DNA of 55,329 bases. Source: Ferroacidibacillus organovorans. GTDB taxonomy: Bacteria; Bacillota; Bacilli; Alicyclobacillales; SLC66. The stretch spans positions 1-55,329 of the forward strand of contig NZ_LSUQ01000013.1 of assembly GCF_001642725.1 (NCBI RefSeq), given 5' to 3'. Positions within the stretch are counted from its first letter, which is position 1, and each line of letters opens with the position of its first letter. Made by a program: the position numbers and the translations under genes. Below, piece after piece: positions 1 through 9,016 of this stretch. The notes beneath the pieces are model-generated. The model did no database searches and was not told the origin of the DNA. It saw nothing but the letters and a program-made list of their open reading frames with translations.

Positions 1-57
1 TGGCTCTATTCGATTAACGAGGTGGCTCTAAACTATTAACCTAGTGGTCCTACGGCA
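1..57 (-). mobile_element. Possible IS21-like terminal repeat region running off the window
   Basis: Minus strand begins TG at 57. Two copies of TGGCTCTAnnnnATTAAC at 22-bp spacing (1-18, 23-40), resembling the tandem transposase-binding repeats of IS21-family ends. Confidence 0.35.
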
Positions 58-172
58 CTGAAATATTCACTTGACCCCTGTATCATTGGGATCCTCCTCC
101 TCCTTTTTGGGCTATGAACCCATTTTCATAGCAATCGGAGGAAGGCTCCATAGACACATTTTGTGGGGAAGT

Positions 173-763
173 TCAGTTTGCAAAATATTGATTTGAGTGG
201 CGTAGGCGGGATAGGCCGTGAAACAACCCAACGCTCACTCCCATTGGCAGTGCTTCGCGCCAAATCCGTTTCCACAGCCCAATCCGCTTCACAGGACGGT
301 CTCTGCCACGGGGTATCTCCAAGGAGGGCTTGGCGACGAGGACACACTGCCAGAACCCTGTTTCCATCGAATCCATCCGCGCCTTCCACCGTTTATACCA
401 TCGCCAAACGGTTTTGGAGGAAATGGGGCCGGAAGGGTAGGGGACCGATTCGCCCACTTGCTCCAGCGACTGCCCGTTTTCGTGTTCAAGCAATACATTT
501 TCTTGCAAATCCCATATACATCGCTGGTAACGGCCAATGAAAGATGGATATACAGTTACGGTTTTACCGCAGGCTTCACACCTGAACCGGAACAAACGAA
601 TGCGGTCTCTGTGCTTCCCGCAACACACATCCCGCTCGAACTGATCGTGCTTACTTAAGGGATGTTGCCTCCCACAACGGGTACACGTTTGTGGACGAAT
701 TATGGATAGATCTGGATGCTCACAAAACTCCAAATAAGAATGGACATTTGATAACGGATCCAT
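173..763 (-). CDS. DUF6431-like zinc-ribbon protein typical of Mu/IS481-like transposons
   Basis: CxxC motifs (CTRCG, RFRCEACGKTVTVYPSF) and an HTH-like KTVWRW segment, the layout of the accessory gene that precedes DDE transposases. Confidence 0.65.
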   Translation of the reverse strand: MDPLSNVHSYLEFCEHPDLSIIRPQTCTRCGRQHPLSKHDQFERDVCCGKHRDRIRLFRFRCEACGKTVTVYPSFIGRYQRCIWDLQENVLLEHENGQSLEQVGESVPYPSGPISSKTVWRWYKRWKARMDSMETGFWQCVLVAKPSLEIPRGRDRPVKRIGLWKRIWREALPMGVSVGLFHGLSRLRHSNQYFAN

Positions 764-810
764 GTATTATGTAGGCATATTCAGGCGTGCGTAAGCACGA
801 CCTTGTGGAG

Positions 811-855
811 AGAAGAGAGACCAGGCCGCCAAAACCTGAGGTCTCTCTTCTTTTA
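811..855. terminator. Strong hairpin upstream of the DUF6431-like gene
   Basis: AGAAGAGAGACC(811-822)...GGTCTCTCTTCT(840-851) followed by TTTT on +. Confidence 0.5.
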
Positions 856-943
856 TGCCATTACCCTCCCGCTGATGGTTGTCGTTTCAACGATGATCTG
901 CATACGACAATCATTGACAAAATCCTTCGTCAAACGGGGCGAC

Positions 944-982
944 AAAAAACCGCTCATCCGCGGTCAAACAGCGTGAGCGGCT
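944..982 (-). terminator. Rho-independent terminator-like hairpin
   Basis: Minus strand CCGCTCA...TGAGCGG followed by TTTTTT. Confidence 0.4.
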
Positions 983-1420
983 ACAGAATAGCTCGATGAA
1001 TTGAAACAGGAGATCATCAATCAGATGGTGTAATTTCACGTTTACAATATGGGATTTAAGTGAAACGAAAATCTTCGGGAATACTTGCCTTGCTTGAATT
1101 TTTGGCTATTTATTGGTCGTTCCATATATATTTATGAATAATCAAACGTATTATGTCAAATCTAACAGCTTTCGTGGGTGCGCTAAGAGAAAGGTAAAAA
1201 GGATAGCTCAGCATTAGCGCGGTATTGACCGACTCTGCGAAAATATCAGAGGACAATATGTTATGGATATCTCAAAACTGAGCACACGGATGACGTTGTT
1301 CGAGTGGTAACAGCGGAGAACGGGTAAGAGGAAAGAGTAGGAATTAGGTTGTGAATCAATTTGATAGAGAATGTATGCTGTGTGATAATAAAAGGAAAAC
1401 TTGAAAAGGAGATTTTCCGT

Positions 1421-3166
1421 TTGGGCAATTTTAAAAAATGGGCTTGGATAGAATCTAGTCTGCTCGGCCTTATCTCTTTGGTCGTATATTTAGCTAATGG
1501 TATATTTACTAACCCATCAGGTGACGTCGTACCTGCATCTGTGCTTCCATTTTCCATAATACTGCATCATAATTTTTATATCGGACGCTATCTTATGTTT
1601 TCTCATCAAGATAGCCCCTATTATTTGGATGCCTTCAAAAATCATTTTATTTCTGCATATCCCATAGGCTCTGCCATCACGGCGCTCCCAGTTTATTTAA
1701 TATTTCTGCTCTTTGGCGGTCATGCGACTGCTATCACGGGCGCGATTCTGGGAAAGATTAGTGCGTCGATTATTTCTGGCGCATCAGTCATTTGGCTTTA
1801 TTGGACTATGGAACGTCTATCGATCAAGCGGTCAGTAAAAATTGTTTTCGCTATTCTCTACGGCTTGGGATCCGAGACGATGTCTATAAGCAGTCAAGGT
1901 TTGTGGCAACACGGTCCTGCACAATTTTGGATAGTAGGATTCTTGTATTTTGTGGTCATGGCCTATGATAGAGAAAGAGCACGAGCTTGGATTTATATCT
2001 GTACCGGAATATCGGTAGGTATGATATTGCTGTCGCGTCCCGTAGATTTACTTTTAATTCTTCCCTTCCTTATTTTACTTAGGAATCAGCATATTAGGAA
2101 AAACATATGGATAACAGTGGCTACATTCGTTCCTTTTCTTGCTTTTAACATGGCTTATGATCATTATTTCCATGGCCACATAGTTTCAACTGGATATGGA
2201 TCGGTGGCTAAAGAATTGTCATTGTTCAGTTTTCCTCTCATTCCCGGTCTGCTAGGAAATCTCTTCAGCCCTAGCAAAGGCCTGTTCGTGTTCATGCCAT
2301 GGGCTCTCATATCGTTTGCGTGGATCACCAGATTTCGCTCACAACGATTTAATAATTCAATTTATTTCCCTGCGCTTCTCTCTTTTTTTCCTTACATCGT
2401 ACTGTACGCTCTTTATTATCAATGGTCAGCTGGGGCCAGTTACGGACCTAGATACATGACTGATGTACTACCGCTGTTAGCAATATTAGGATCCGGATAT
2501 ATGACTAACTTAAATATAGCTAATTTAACATTACTAAAACTCAACACGTTTCGTGCATTGACTGGGCTAGTAATAGCATGGAGTATTGCGCTGCAACTTC
2601 TTGGAACTTATGTGCCTGGCGGTTCTGCGTGGAATGATGCATACAGTCCGAATAATTTCTTTACTCCGCTATGGATAATTCGAGGAAGTGAAGCGGCATA
2701 TTATTTCAATACACTCAAGTCATCGTTGTTGCCAGCAGCGCCAATTACTAAACCAGATGCCATTTTCTCGAATATGCAATTGTTATACAAACCGTATATT
2801 TACGAAAAAGGAATCATGCCATCTATTTTTATTCCTAATACAACATATGTCGGTACCGTTGTGGTAAAGAACGCTGGTAGCCAAGGATGGTCTGCGTATC
2901 CGTCGTCATCCGGGGGCGATGTCGTCCATTTTAGCTATAACGTGTGGCAACATAGAAAACTGATTGCGTCAGTTTCAGGCCTACGCTCAGCCCTGCTCCA
3001 CTCCGTGCAGCCTGGTAAAAGTATAAAGATTTACTTTCATTTTGTTACTCCAAGCATTCCAGGAAAATATACCTATGTGTTTACCCTCGTTGACGAAGGA
3101 GTGTGTTGGTTTCAAAACGAATTGAGTTCCACCAACGCGGACATCGCAACTATTAAAGTTGGTTAA
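1421..3166 (+). CDS. Polytopic GT-C-type (PMT/ArnT-like) glycosyltransferase with C-terminal extracellular Ig-like domain
   Basis: TTG at 1421 after AAGGAG. About 12 hydrophobic segments; SGD luminal loop, SQGLWQH, SPSKGLF, YGPRY motifs; C-terminal VVVKNAGSQGW...PGKYTYVFTLVDEG Ig-like pattern. Visibly AT-rich. Confidence 0.65.
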   Translation: MGNFKKWAWIESSLLGLISLVVYLANGIFTNPSGDVVPASVLPFSIILHHNFYIGRYLMFSHQDSPYYLDAFKNHFISAYPIGSAITALPVYLIFLLFGGHATAITGAILGKISASIISGASVIWLYWTMERLSIKRSVKIVFAILYGLGSETMSISSQGLWQHGPAQFWIVGFLYFVVMAYDRERARAWIYICTGISVGMILLSRPVDLLLILPFLILLRNQHIRKNIWITVATFVPFLAFNMAYDHYFHGHIVSTGYGSVAKELSLFSFPLIPGLLGNLFSPSKGLFVFMPWALISFAWITRFRSQRFNNSIYFPALLSFFPYIVLYALYYQWSAGASYGPRYMTDVLPLLAILGSGYMTNLNIANLTLLKLNTFRALTGLVIAWSIALQLLGTYVPGGSAWNDAYSPNNFFTPLWIIRGSEAAYYFNTLKSSLLPAAPITKPDAIFSNMQLLYKPYIYEKGIMPSIFIPNTTYVGTVVVKNAGSQGWSAYPSSSGGDVVHFSYNVWQHRKLIASVSGLRSALLHSVQPGKSIKIYFHFVTPSIPGKYTYVFTLVDEGVCWFQNELSSTNADIATIKVG

Positions 3167-3429
3167 TAAGTCAATCTGAATTCGGTAACTTCAGGTAGCC
3201 GGTAAATGTGGACGTCTTATCGGGGTCAATGGTGATAATTGTCGTGCTAAAACTTACCCTTGAATCCCGACAGCATTGTTCAGTAGTGGCATGTTCGTAA
3301 GCGTGAAAGGGAAAGTAACTGTATTGGGTGTCGTCATTTCGTTTTCGTATGCGTCCAAATAGAAGATGAATTTCTTCGTTGTTCCGAGATCGGGCTATGC
3401 ACAATAAATAGTGATTTAGCTTTGACAGT

Positions 3430-3462
3430 GAAACACATGGAGTTGTGCCATGTGTTTCTTTT
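3430..3462 (+). terminator. Terminator-like hairpin upstream of rml operon
   Basis: GAAACACATGG-7nt-CCATGTGTTTC followed by TTTT. Confidence 0.5.
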
Positions 3463-3520
3463 GTGTGTAGTAGGAGTATGATAAAGTCAACATTGAGAAT
3501 GACTTGGACGTGGTGATGGC

Positions 3521-4384
3521 ATGAAGGTATTGATCGCAGGTGCGGGCGGTATGCTTGGCACGGATTTGCAGAAGGCGTTTGCAGACACGCCATGCATCGC
3601 GCTCACGCGCAATGAACTGGATATCACGCAGGAGCTTGCGGTGCGCGAGGCGGTTCAGATGCATCGTCCGGACGTGATTCTAAACGCGGCGGCGTACACG
3701 AATGTGGATCGCTGTGAGACGGAGATTGATCAGGCATACGCGGTGAATGCGGTCGGCGCGCGCAATGTGGCGGTCGCCGCCGAGCAGATTGGTGCGCGGT
3801 TGGTTCATGTGAGCACGGATTATGTGTTTCCAGGGGTCAGTGACCGTCCGTATCGCGAGGAAGACGAAACGGGACCGATCGGGGAGTATGGCCGGAGCAA
3901 ACTCGCCGGAGAACAGCTCGTGAGAAGCTTATGTAAAAAACATTATATTGTGCGAACGTCTTGGCTTTATGGAAAACACGGCCCGAATTTCGTGAAAACG
4001 ATGTTGAGGATAGGGAGAGAACAGGGTGCGGCGCGCGTCGTGGATGACCAGGTGGGGAGTCCGACGTATACGGCCGATCTGGCGCAGGCGATTCGGACGC
4101 TTGTCGAGACGCCGCAGTACGGCGTTTACCATCTGTCCAATCAGGGCGCCTGTTCGTGGCACGCGTTCGCGGAGGATATTTTTACGCTGGCGGGCGTCGA
4201 TGTAAACCTTCAGGCGATCAAGACACACGAATTTCCGCGCCCCGCAAAACGCCCGGCGTATTCGGTGATGGACAACATGATGTGGCGACTAAGCGGCCAT
4301 GCGTCGCTTCGCCACTACCGCGCGGCACTCGTTGCCTATTTGCGGGAGACGGACGAGATTCAGGGAGGAGATCACACCTCGTGA
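3521..4384 (+). CDS. rfbD: dTDP-4-dehydrorhamnose reductase
   Basis: GAGGMLG Rossmann motif, STDYVF, YGRSK, DQVGSPT, RPAYSV. Confidence 0.95.
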   Translation: MKVLIAGAGGMLGTDLQKAFADTPCIALTRNELDITQELAVREAVQMHRPDVILNAAAYTNVDRCETEIDQAYAVNAVGARNVAVAAEQIGARLVHVSTDYVFPGVSDRPYREEDETGPIGEYGRSKLAGEQLVRSLCKKHYIVRTSWLYGKHGPNFVKTMLRIGREQGAARVVDDQVGSPTYTADLAQAIRTLVETPQYGVYHLSNQGACSWHAFAEDIFTLAGVDVNLQAIKTHEFPRPAKRPAYSVMDNMMWRLSGHASLRHYRAALVAYLRETDEIQGGDHTS

Positions 4385-5445
4385 AGGCGCTTATTCTAAG
4401 TGGAGGTACAGGGTCGCGTTTGCGACCGCTCACGTACACGGGCGCAAAGCAACTGATCCCTGTGGCGAACAAACCGATCTTGTTTTATGCGATTGAAGCG
4501 ATCCGCGAGGCCGGCATCACGGAGATCGGCATGATCGTCGGAGAAACGGGAGCCGAGATTGAGCGCGTGGTTGGTGATGGACAAGCGTTTGGTGTGAAGA
4601 TCACGTACATACCGCAGGAGGCGCCGCTCGGGCTTGCGCACGCAGTCAAGATCGCGGAACCGTTTATCGGAGCGGACGATTTTCTCATGTTTCTCGGGGA
4701 CAATTTGGTGCGTGACGGGGTACGCGCGTTTTCTGAGCAGTTTCAAACGAGCAAGCCAAACGGCATGATTCTTTTGAGTCGCGTACCCAATCCACAAAGG
4801 TTTGGCGTGGCGGAGATTCAAGGCGGTCAGGTTACACGACTTATCGAGAAGCCGAAGGTTCCGCCGAGCGACTTGGCGCTGGTGGGTGTGTACTTGTTTG
4901 ACCGCTCGATCTTTCGCGCGGTCAACGAGATTGCGCCGTCGGCGCGCGGAGAGCTTGAGATCACCGATGCGATCCAGCACCTGATCGATCACGGCTACCG
5001 CGTCGAGGCGCACATCATCGACGGTTGGTGGAAAGACACGGGGAAGCCGGAAGACATGCTGGAGGCTAACCGCATGATGGTCGAGAACATCACGCCTTCG
5101 TGTGACGGAAAGGTCGATCAACATTCACAGGTGATCGGTCGCGCATGCATCGCGTCGGGCGCGGTGATTGAGAATAGTGTGATTCGCGGCCCTGTCGTGA
5201 TTGGGGCAAACGCGGTGATCAGAAATTCGTATATCGGGCCATTCACGAGCATCAGCGAGGGTGTGCGGATCGAAGGCAGCGAGCTTGAAAACAGCATCAT
5301 CCTGCAAGATACGGTGATCGAGTTTATTCCGACAAGGATCGACAGCAGCCTGATCGGGAAGAACGTTCACATCTCCAAGGTGATTGAACGGCCGAAGGCA
5401 CTGACGTTTGTGCTCGGGGATAACAGCCGCGCCGAAGTGCAGTAG
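4381..5445 (+). CDS. rfbA: Glucose-1-phosphate thymidylyltransferase, long form with C-terminal left-handed beta-helix
   Basis: GTG at 4381 after GGAGGA, overlapping rfbD stop. GGTGSRLRPLT..KQL, EKP, RGELEITD, WWKDTG and hexapeptide tail. Confidence 0.92.
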   Translation: MKALILSGGTGSRLRPLTYTGAKQLIPVANKPILFYAIEAIREAGITEIGMIVGETGAEIERVVGDGQAFGVKITYIPQEAPLGLAHAVKIAEPFIGADDFLMFLGDNLVRDGVRAFSEQFQTSKPNGMILLSRVPNPQRFGVAEIQGGQVTRLIEKPKVPPSDLALVGVYLFDRSIFRAVNEIAPSARGELEITDAIQHLIDHGYRVEAHIIDGWWKDTGKPEDMLEANRMMVENITPSCDGKVDQHSQVIGRACIASGAVIENSVIRGPVVIGANAVIRNSYIGPFTSISEGVRIEGSELENSIILQDTVIEFIPTRIDSSLIGKNVHISKVIERPKALTFVLGDNSRAEVQ

Positions 5446-5513
5446 GGAGAATACGCTGTAGAGCGACGCGTGCTGTGAGGTGCATAAGCGTAGACTTGGA
5501 AACGGGGGATGGC

Positions 5514-6488
5514 ATGGTTTCGCGACTGTTGGTGACTGGTGGCGCAGGCTTTATTGGTTGTCATTTTATTCGCATAATGCTTGAGACGCATTCGGATCTG
5601 CACATTGTAAACCTTGACGCGCTTACGTATGCGGCCAATCGCGAGGCATTGCGTTCTTTCGACGGAATTCCGCGCTATACGTTTGTGCAAGGGGACATCA
5701 CCGACGCGGTACTTGTTGATCGCCTGATGCAGCAGGTGGACGGAGTGGTCAACTTTGCCGCTGAATCGCACGTCGATCGCAGCATCGCCGATCCGGGAAT
5801 TTTCGTAAAGACGAACGTGTTGGGGACGCAGGTGCTGCTTTGTGCGGCGAGACAGCATGGCGTGAAGCGCTATCTGCAAGTGTCGACGGATGAGGTGTAC
5901 GGGACGCTTGGCGCAAAAGGGCACTTCACGGAAGAAACGCCGCTTGCCGCGAACAGCCCATACTCGGCGAGCAAGGCGGGCGCCGATTTGATGGTGCGCG
6001 CGTATCACGAGACGTTTGGCCTTCCGACGCTGATCACGCGCTGCTCGAACAACTATGGACCTTACCAGCATGACGAGAAGTTGATCCCTACGCTGATTCG
6101 AAAAGCACTGCGGAATGAACTTCTGCCAATCTATGGCGACGGACAGAATGTGCGCGATTGGCTGTTTGTGGAGGATCACTGTCGCGCGATTGACCTTGTG
6201 CTGCGTGAAGGAACGGTCGGTCAGGTGTATAACGTAGGTGGACACAACGAGTGGAAAAATATTGATATCGCTAGATTGATTCTAAGTATGCTAGGGAAGT
6301 CGGAATCGCTGATCTCGTATGTGGATGACCGTCTGGGGCATGACCGCCGCTATGCGATTGACGCAAAGAAGATGCAGGATGTGTTTGGCTGGGTACCTGA
6401 CGTGACGTTTGAGCAGGGAATTCAGTCGACGATCGCGTGGTATGCCGAGCATTACGCCACGTCGAGCGCGAGGAGTGAAGAGCGATGA
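5514..6488 (+). CDS. rfbB: dTDP-glucose 4,6-dehydratase
   Basis: GGAGFIG, AAESHVDRSI, STDEVYG, YSASK, NNYGPYQ, GHDRRYA. Start moved to ATG 5514. Confidence 0.95.
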   Translation: MVSRLLVTGGAGFIGCHFIRIMLETHSDLHIVNLDALTYAANREALRSFDGIPRYTFVQGDITDAVLVDRLMQQVDGVVNFAAESHVDRSIADPGIFVKTNVLGTQVLLCAARQHGVKRYLQVSTDEVYGTLGAKGHFTEETPLAANSPYSASKAGADLMVRAYHETFGLPTLITRCSNNYGPYQHDEKLIPTLIRKALRNELLPIYGDGQNVRDWLFVEDHCRAIDLVLREGTVGQVYNVGGHNEWKNIDIARLILSMLGKSESLISYVDDRLGHDRRYAIDAKKMQDVFGWVPDVTFEQGIQSTIAWYAEHYATSSARSEER

Positions 6489-7027
6489 AGGTGGAACCGC
6501 TAGGATTGCCAGGCGTCTTTTTGATTACGCCAACGGCGCACGGCGACGCGCGCGGATTCTTTATGGAGAGTTATCGCCGTGACGTTCTCTTGGCGCACGG
6601 GGTCGACATCGAATTCGTGCAGGACAATCACTCGCTGTCCGCACAAAAAGGTACGGTGCGAGGGCTCCACTACCAGGAAGAGTCGATGGCCCAGACGAAG
6701 CTGTTGAGAGTACTGACAGGTTCCGTGTATGATGTAGCAGTGGACATTCGCCGCGATTCGCCGACGTATGGCAAATGGGTCGGTGTGACCTTGAGCGCGG
6801 AGAACCGCCAGCAGATCTTGATTCCGAAAGGGTTCGCACACGGCTTTTGCACGCTAGAACCAAACACACAGATCCACTACAAAGTCGACGCCTACTATTC
6901 CTCGGCACACGACCGCGGCATTCGCTGGAACGACCCGGCGATTGGGATCGACTGGCCCGTGACGGAGGCAGAAGCTGTGCTGTCTGCGAAGGATGCGGCG
7001 TCGCCGATGCTGAGTTTCTTAGAATGA
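6485..7027 (+). CDS. rfbC: dTDP-4-dehydrorhamnose 3,5-epimerase
   Basis: DARGFFME, QDNHS, RGLHYQ, GFAHGF, WNDPAIGIDWP. Confidence 0.95.
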   Translation: MKVEPLGLPGVFLITPTAHGDARGFFMESYRRDVLLAHGVDIEFVQDNHSLSAQKGTVRGLHYQEESMAQTKLLRVLTGSVYDVAVDIRRDSPTYGKWVGVTLSAENRQQILIPKGFAHGFCTLEPNTQIHYKVDAYYSSAHDRGIRWNDPAIGIDWPVTEAEAVLSAKDAASPMLSFLE

Positions 7028-7135
7028 GGTCACGGACAGAGATACGATAGGATCATAATCGCTCCATTTGTTTATGGTCACTGAGGACGCTCTGTGGGAA
7101 AATGAGTTTGAATCGATCAAATTGGAGGGGATAGC

Positions 7136-7822
7136 TTGCTCAGTGACCGAGATTTAAAAAGACTGGCGCTTACGCATGAACTTATCACTCCGTTTGATCT
7201 TAATGATTTTGAAGGTGCAACGATCAATCTAAGGCTTGGACAAACGATTCGAAAGTATATCTCGGATGAATCGATCATCCTCGGAAAAGAAGTTTTCGAA
7301 GATGATTATTTGGAGATCGATCTCACGGAGAATGATTTTTTCCTGGAACCAGGAGAGTCTGTTTTGATACAAACCTATGAATTTATTAACGTTCCAGAGT
7401 CGCTAAGTGCGCGTGTTTATGAACGATATAGTATCAAATCACTGGGCCTTATGATTAGTCCGGCGCATTACCTCACTCCCGGATATCGCGGAAATATCGG
7501 CCTTCTGGCGATAAACCACTCTGCTGTACCGATCAGGCTGACGCCAGGTATCAAGATTTGTCAGATCGGATTCTTTGCGTTGTCGTCCATTCCCTTAAAA
7601 CCCTATGAGAAACAAGATGGTAAGTATATGGACGCCAAGGATGTAAGCATTTCGAAGTTGCACTTGGATAAGGATATCCAGGAATTTTTAAAACAAAAGG
7701 GTATCTCGCGTGTGTCTGATGATATGGCCAAAGCGCTGGGAGATCATTTAATGGGGCATATTCGTGAATCTGCAAAGCGACTTGCCGATACCATTCGATA
7801 TGAACAGGATTTATTCGCGTGA
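7136..7822 (+). CDS. dCTP deaminase/dUTPase-fold protein with substituted catalytic residues and a 50-aa histone-fold-like C-terminal extension
   Basis: MLSDRDL, INLRLG, PGYRGNI, PGIKICQ, GKY motifs of trimeric Dcd. GRSSLAR reads ERYSIKS and the LE motif reads LL. TTG start after GGAGGGG. Confidence 0.75.
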   Translation: MLSDRDLKRLALTHELITPFDLNDFEGATINLRLGQTIRKYISDESIILGKEVFEDDYLEIDLTENDFFLEPGESVLIQTYEFINVPESLSARVYERYSIKSLGLMISPAHYLTPGYRGNIGLLAINHSAVPIRLTPGIKICQIGFFALSSIPLKPYEKQDGKYMDAKDVSISKLHLDKDIQEFLKQKGISRVSDDMAKALGDHLMGHIRESAKRLADTIRYEQDLFA

Positions 7823-8175
7823 GTGATTTGAGGGATATTGTAACTCGACATGTTGAAGACCAGCTTCGTAGTGAGTTCCCAGTGAAAGAATTCAGTGACG
7901 AGCAATTGTCTAAAATTCTAGATAATAAACGCGCAGATGGCAGTATCAATCGCGAAGTCAATCGTATTCTTGACACTTTTTTAGAGGAAATTGAAGAGAA
8001 CTCTTCCAAGAAAAAAAGAAGACGCATCCTCAATTTCTCATTTTCAGCCGCTGGCCTGATCCTCACAACGATCATCGGATATGCCGTAAACATGACCAAT
8101 TGGTCTATGGTGATTGGTATGATCATTGCGATGTTGATCGTCAATGCGTTGTTCTTATTTTTTGCTGATCAATAA
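7819..8175 (+). CDS. Small protein with two C-terminal transmembrane helices, translationally coupled to the Dcd-like gene
   Basis: GTGA overlap; soluble helical N-terminus, then KKKRRR and two hydrophobic stretches. Confidence 0.75.
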   Translation: MSDLRDIVTRHVEDQLRSEFPVKEFSDEQLSKILDNKRADGSINREVNRILDTFLEEIEENSSKKKRRRILNFSFSAAGLILTTIIGYAVNMTNWSMVIGMIIAMLIVNALFLFFADQ

Positions 8176-8276
8176 GCTGTTACTTTGTGAAGGAGGCGCT
8201 GATGTAGAGTTGTATGTGGATGAAATGGGATTTGGCGCGTATTGTATTTCATCTTCTTACAGTGTCCAACCATCAA

Positions 8277-8305
8277 TTGATACGTTCAATTACACGTGTT
8301 ACAAT
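8277..8305 (+). promoter_or_regulatory. SigA-type promoter of hicAB with palindromic operator
   Basis: TTGATA-17nt-TACAAT, with palindrome ACACGTGT (8292-8299) in the spacer. Confidence 0.55.
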
Positions 8306-8328
8306 GAGAGTCAGGGGCGATGGAGACG

Positions 8329-8529
8329 ATGAAAAGCTATTCGTCCAGAGAGCTTATAAAAATCATCGAAGCGGACGGATGGTATTTCGTCAGAGCAGTT
8401 GGCGACCACCACCAGTACAAACATCCAACAAAACTCGGCAAAGTTACCATCACTCATCCTGTGAAAGATGTACCTCTCGGGACGGTTAGAAGCCTATTTA
8501 AGCAGGCGAAATTGCCCATACCTCAATAA
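8329..8529 (+). CDS. hicA: HicA family mRNA interferase toxin
   Basis: SSRELIKIIEADGW, GDHHQYKHP, VTITHP, GTVRS. Confidence 0.9.
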   Translation: MKSYSSRELIKIIEADGWYFVRAVGDHHQYKHPTKLGKVTITHPVKDVPLGTVRSLFKQAKLPIPQ

Positions 8530-8589
8530 GACTTTCAATACCATCGAATACGCGCAGTCCGGTAGAAAGTGCATAGGAGATGATTCTGC

Positions 8590-9000
8590 GTGACGAAAGA
8601 CCGCTACGTGTATCCAGCCATTTTTGATTATGCAGATGATGGTATTTCCATCCAGTTTCCAGATCTCCCCGGCTGTTTGCCATGCGCACAGAGCACGGAG
8701 GTTGCAATGAAAAATGCGCGCGAAGCGATGGCACTCCACTTGTACGGAATGGAACAAGATTGCGATGCAATTCCGGAGGCAACACCCATTCATAAACTAC
8801 GAGCTGCCGAGAATCAGGCTATCGTGCTCGTTGAGGCGTGGATGCCACCTTTCCGGGACGAAATAGAAAAGAAGGCCGTTAAAAAGACACTGACCATCCC
8901 GAAGTGGTTGGATGACTTGGCGGTTGATCAGCACGTAAATTTTTCTCACCTGCTTCAGGATGCGCTTAAGCGATACCTCGGTGTCACAGATAAACAATGA
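8590..9000 (+). CDS. hicB: HicB family antitoxin
   Basis: YPAIF, FPDLPGC, AREAMALHL, VKKTLTIPKWL, VNFS. Confidence 0.9.
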   Translation: MTKDRYVYPAIFDYADDGISIQFPDLPGCLPCAQSTEVAMKNAREAMALHLYGMEQDCDAIPEATPIHKLRAAENQAIVLVEAWMPPFRDEIEKKAVKKTLTIPKWLDDLAVDQHVNFSHLLQDALKRYLGVTDKQ

Positions 9001-9016
9001 AGGATAGGAGTCGCAT

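Noticed and set aside
3171..3593. 140-aa minus-strand ORF
   Set aside because: Overlaps the rfbD start, has no recognisable motif and has unnatural composition.
4156..4380. Long N-terminal extension of rfbA
   Set aside because: Overlaps rfbD; the RBS and homology begin at GTG 4381.
7136..7822. Ordinary housekeeping dcd supplying dTTP for the rml operon
   Set aside because: Catalytic residues appear substituted, base composition differs from rml, and it is coupled to a membrane protein gene; disfavoured but not fully excluded without an assay.
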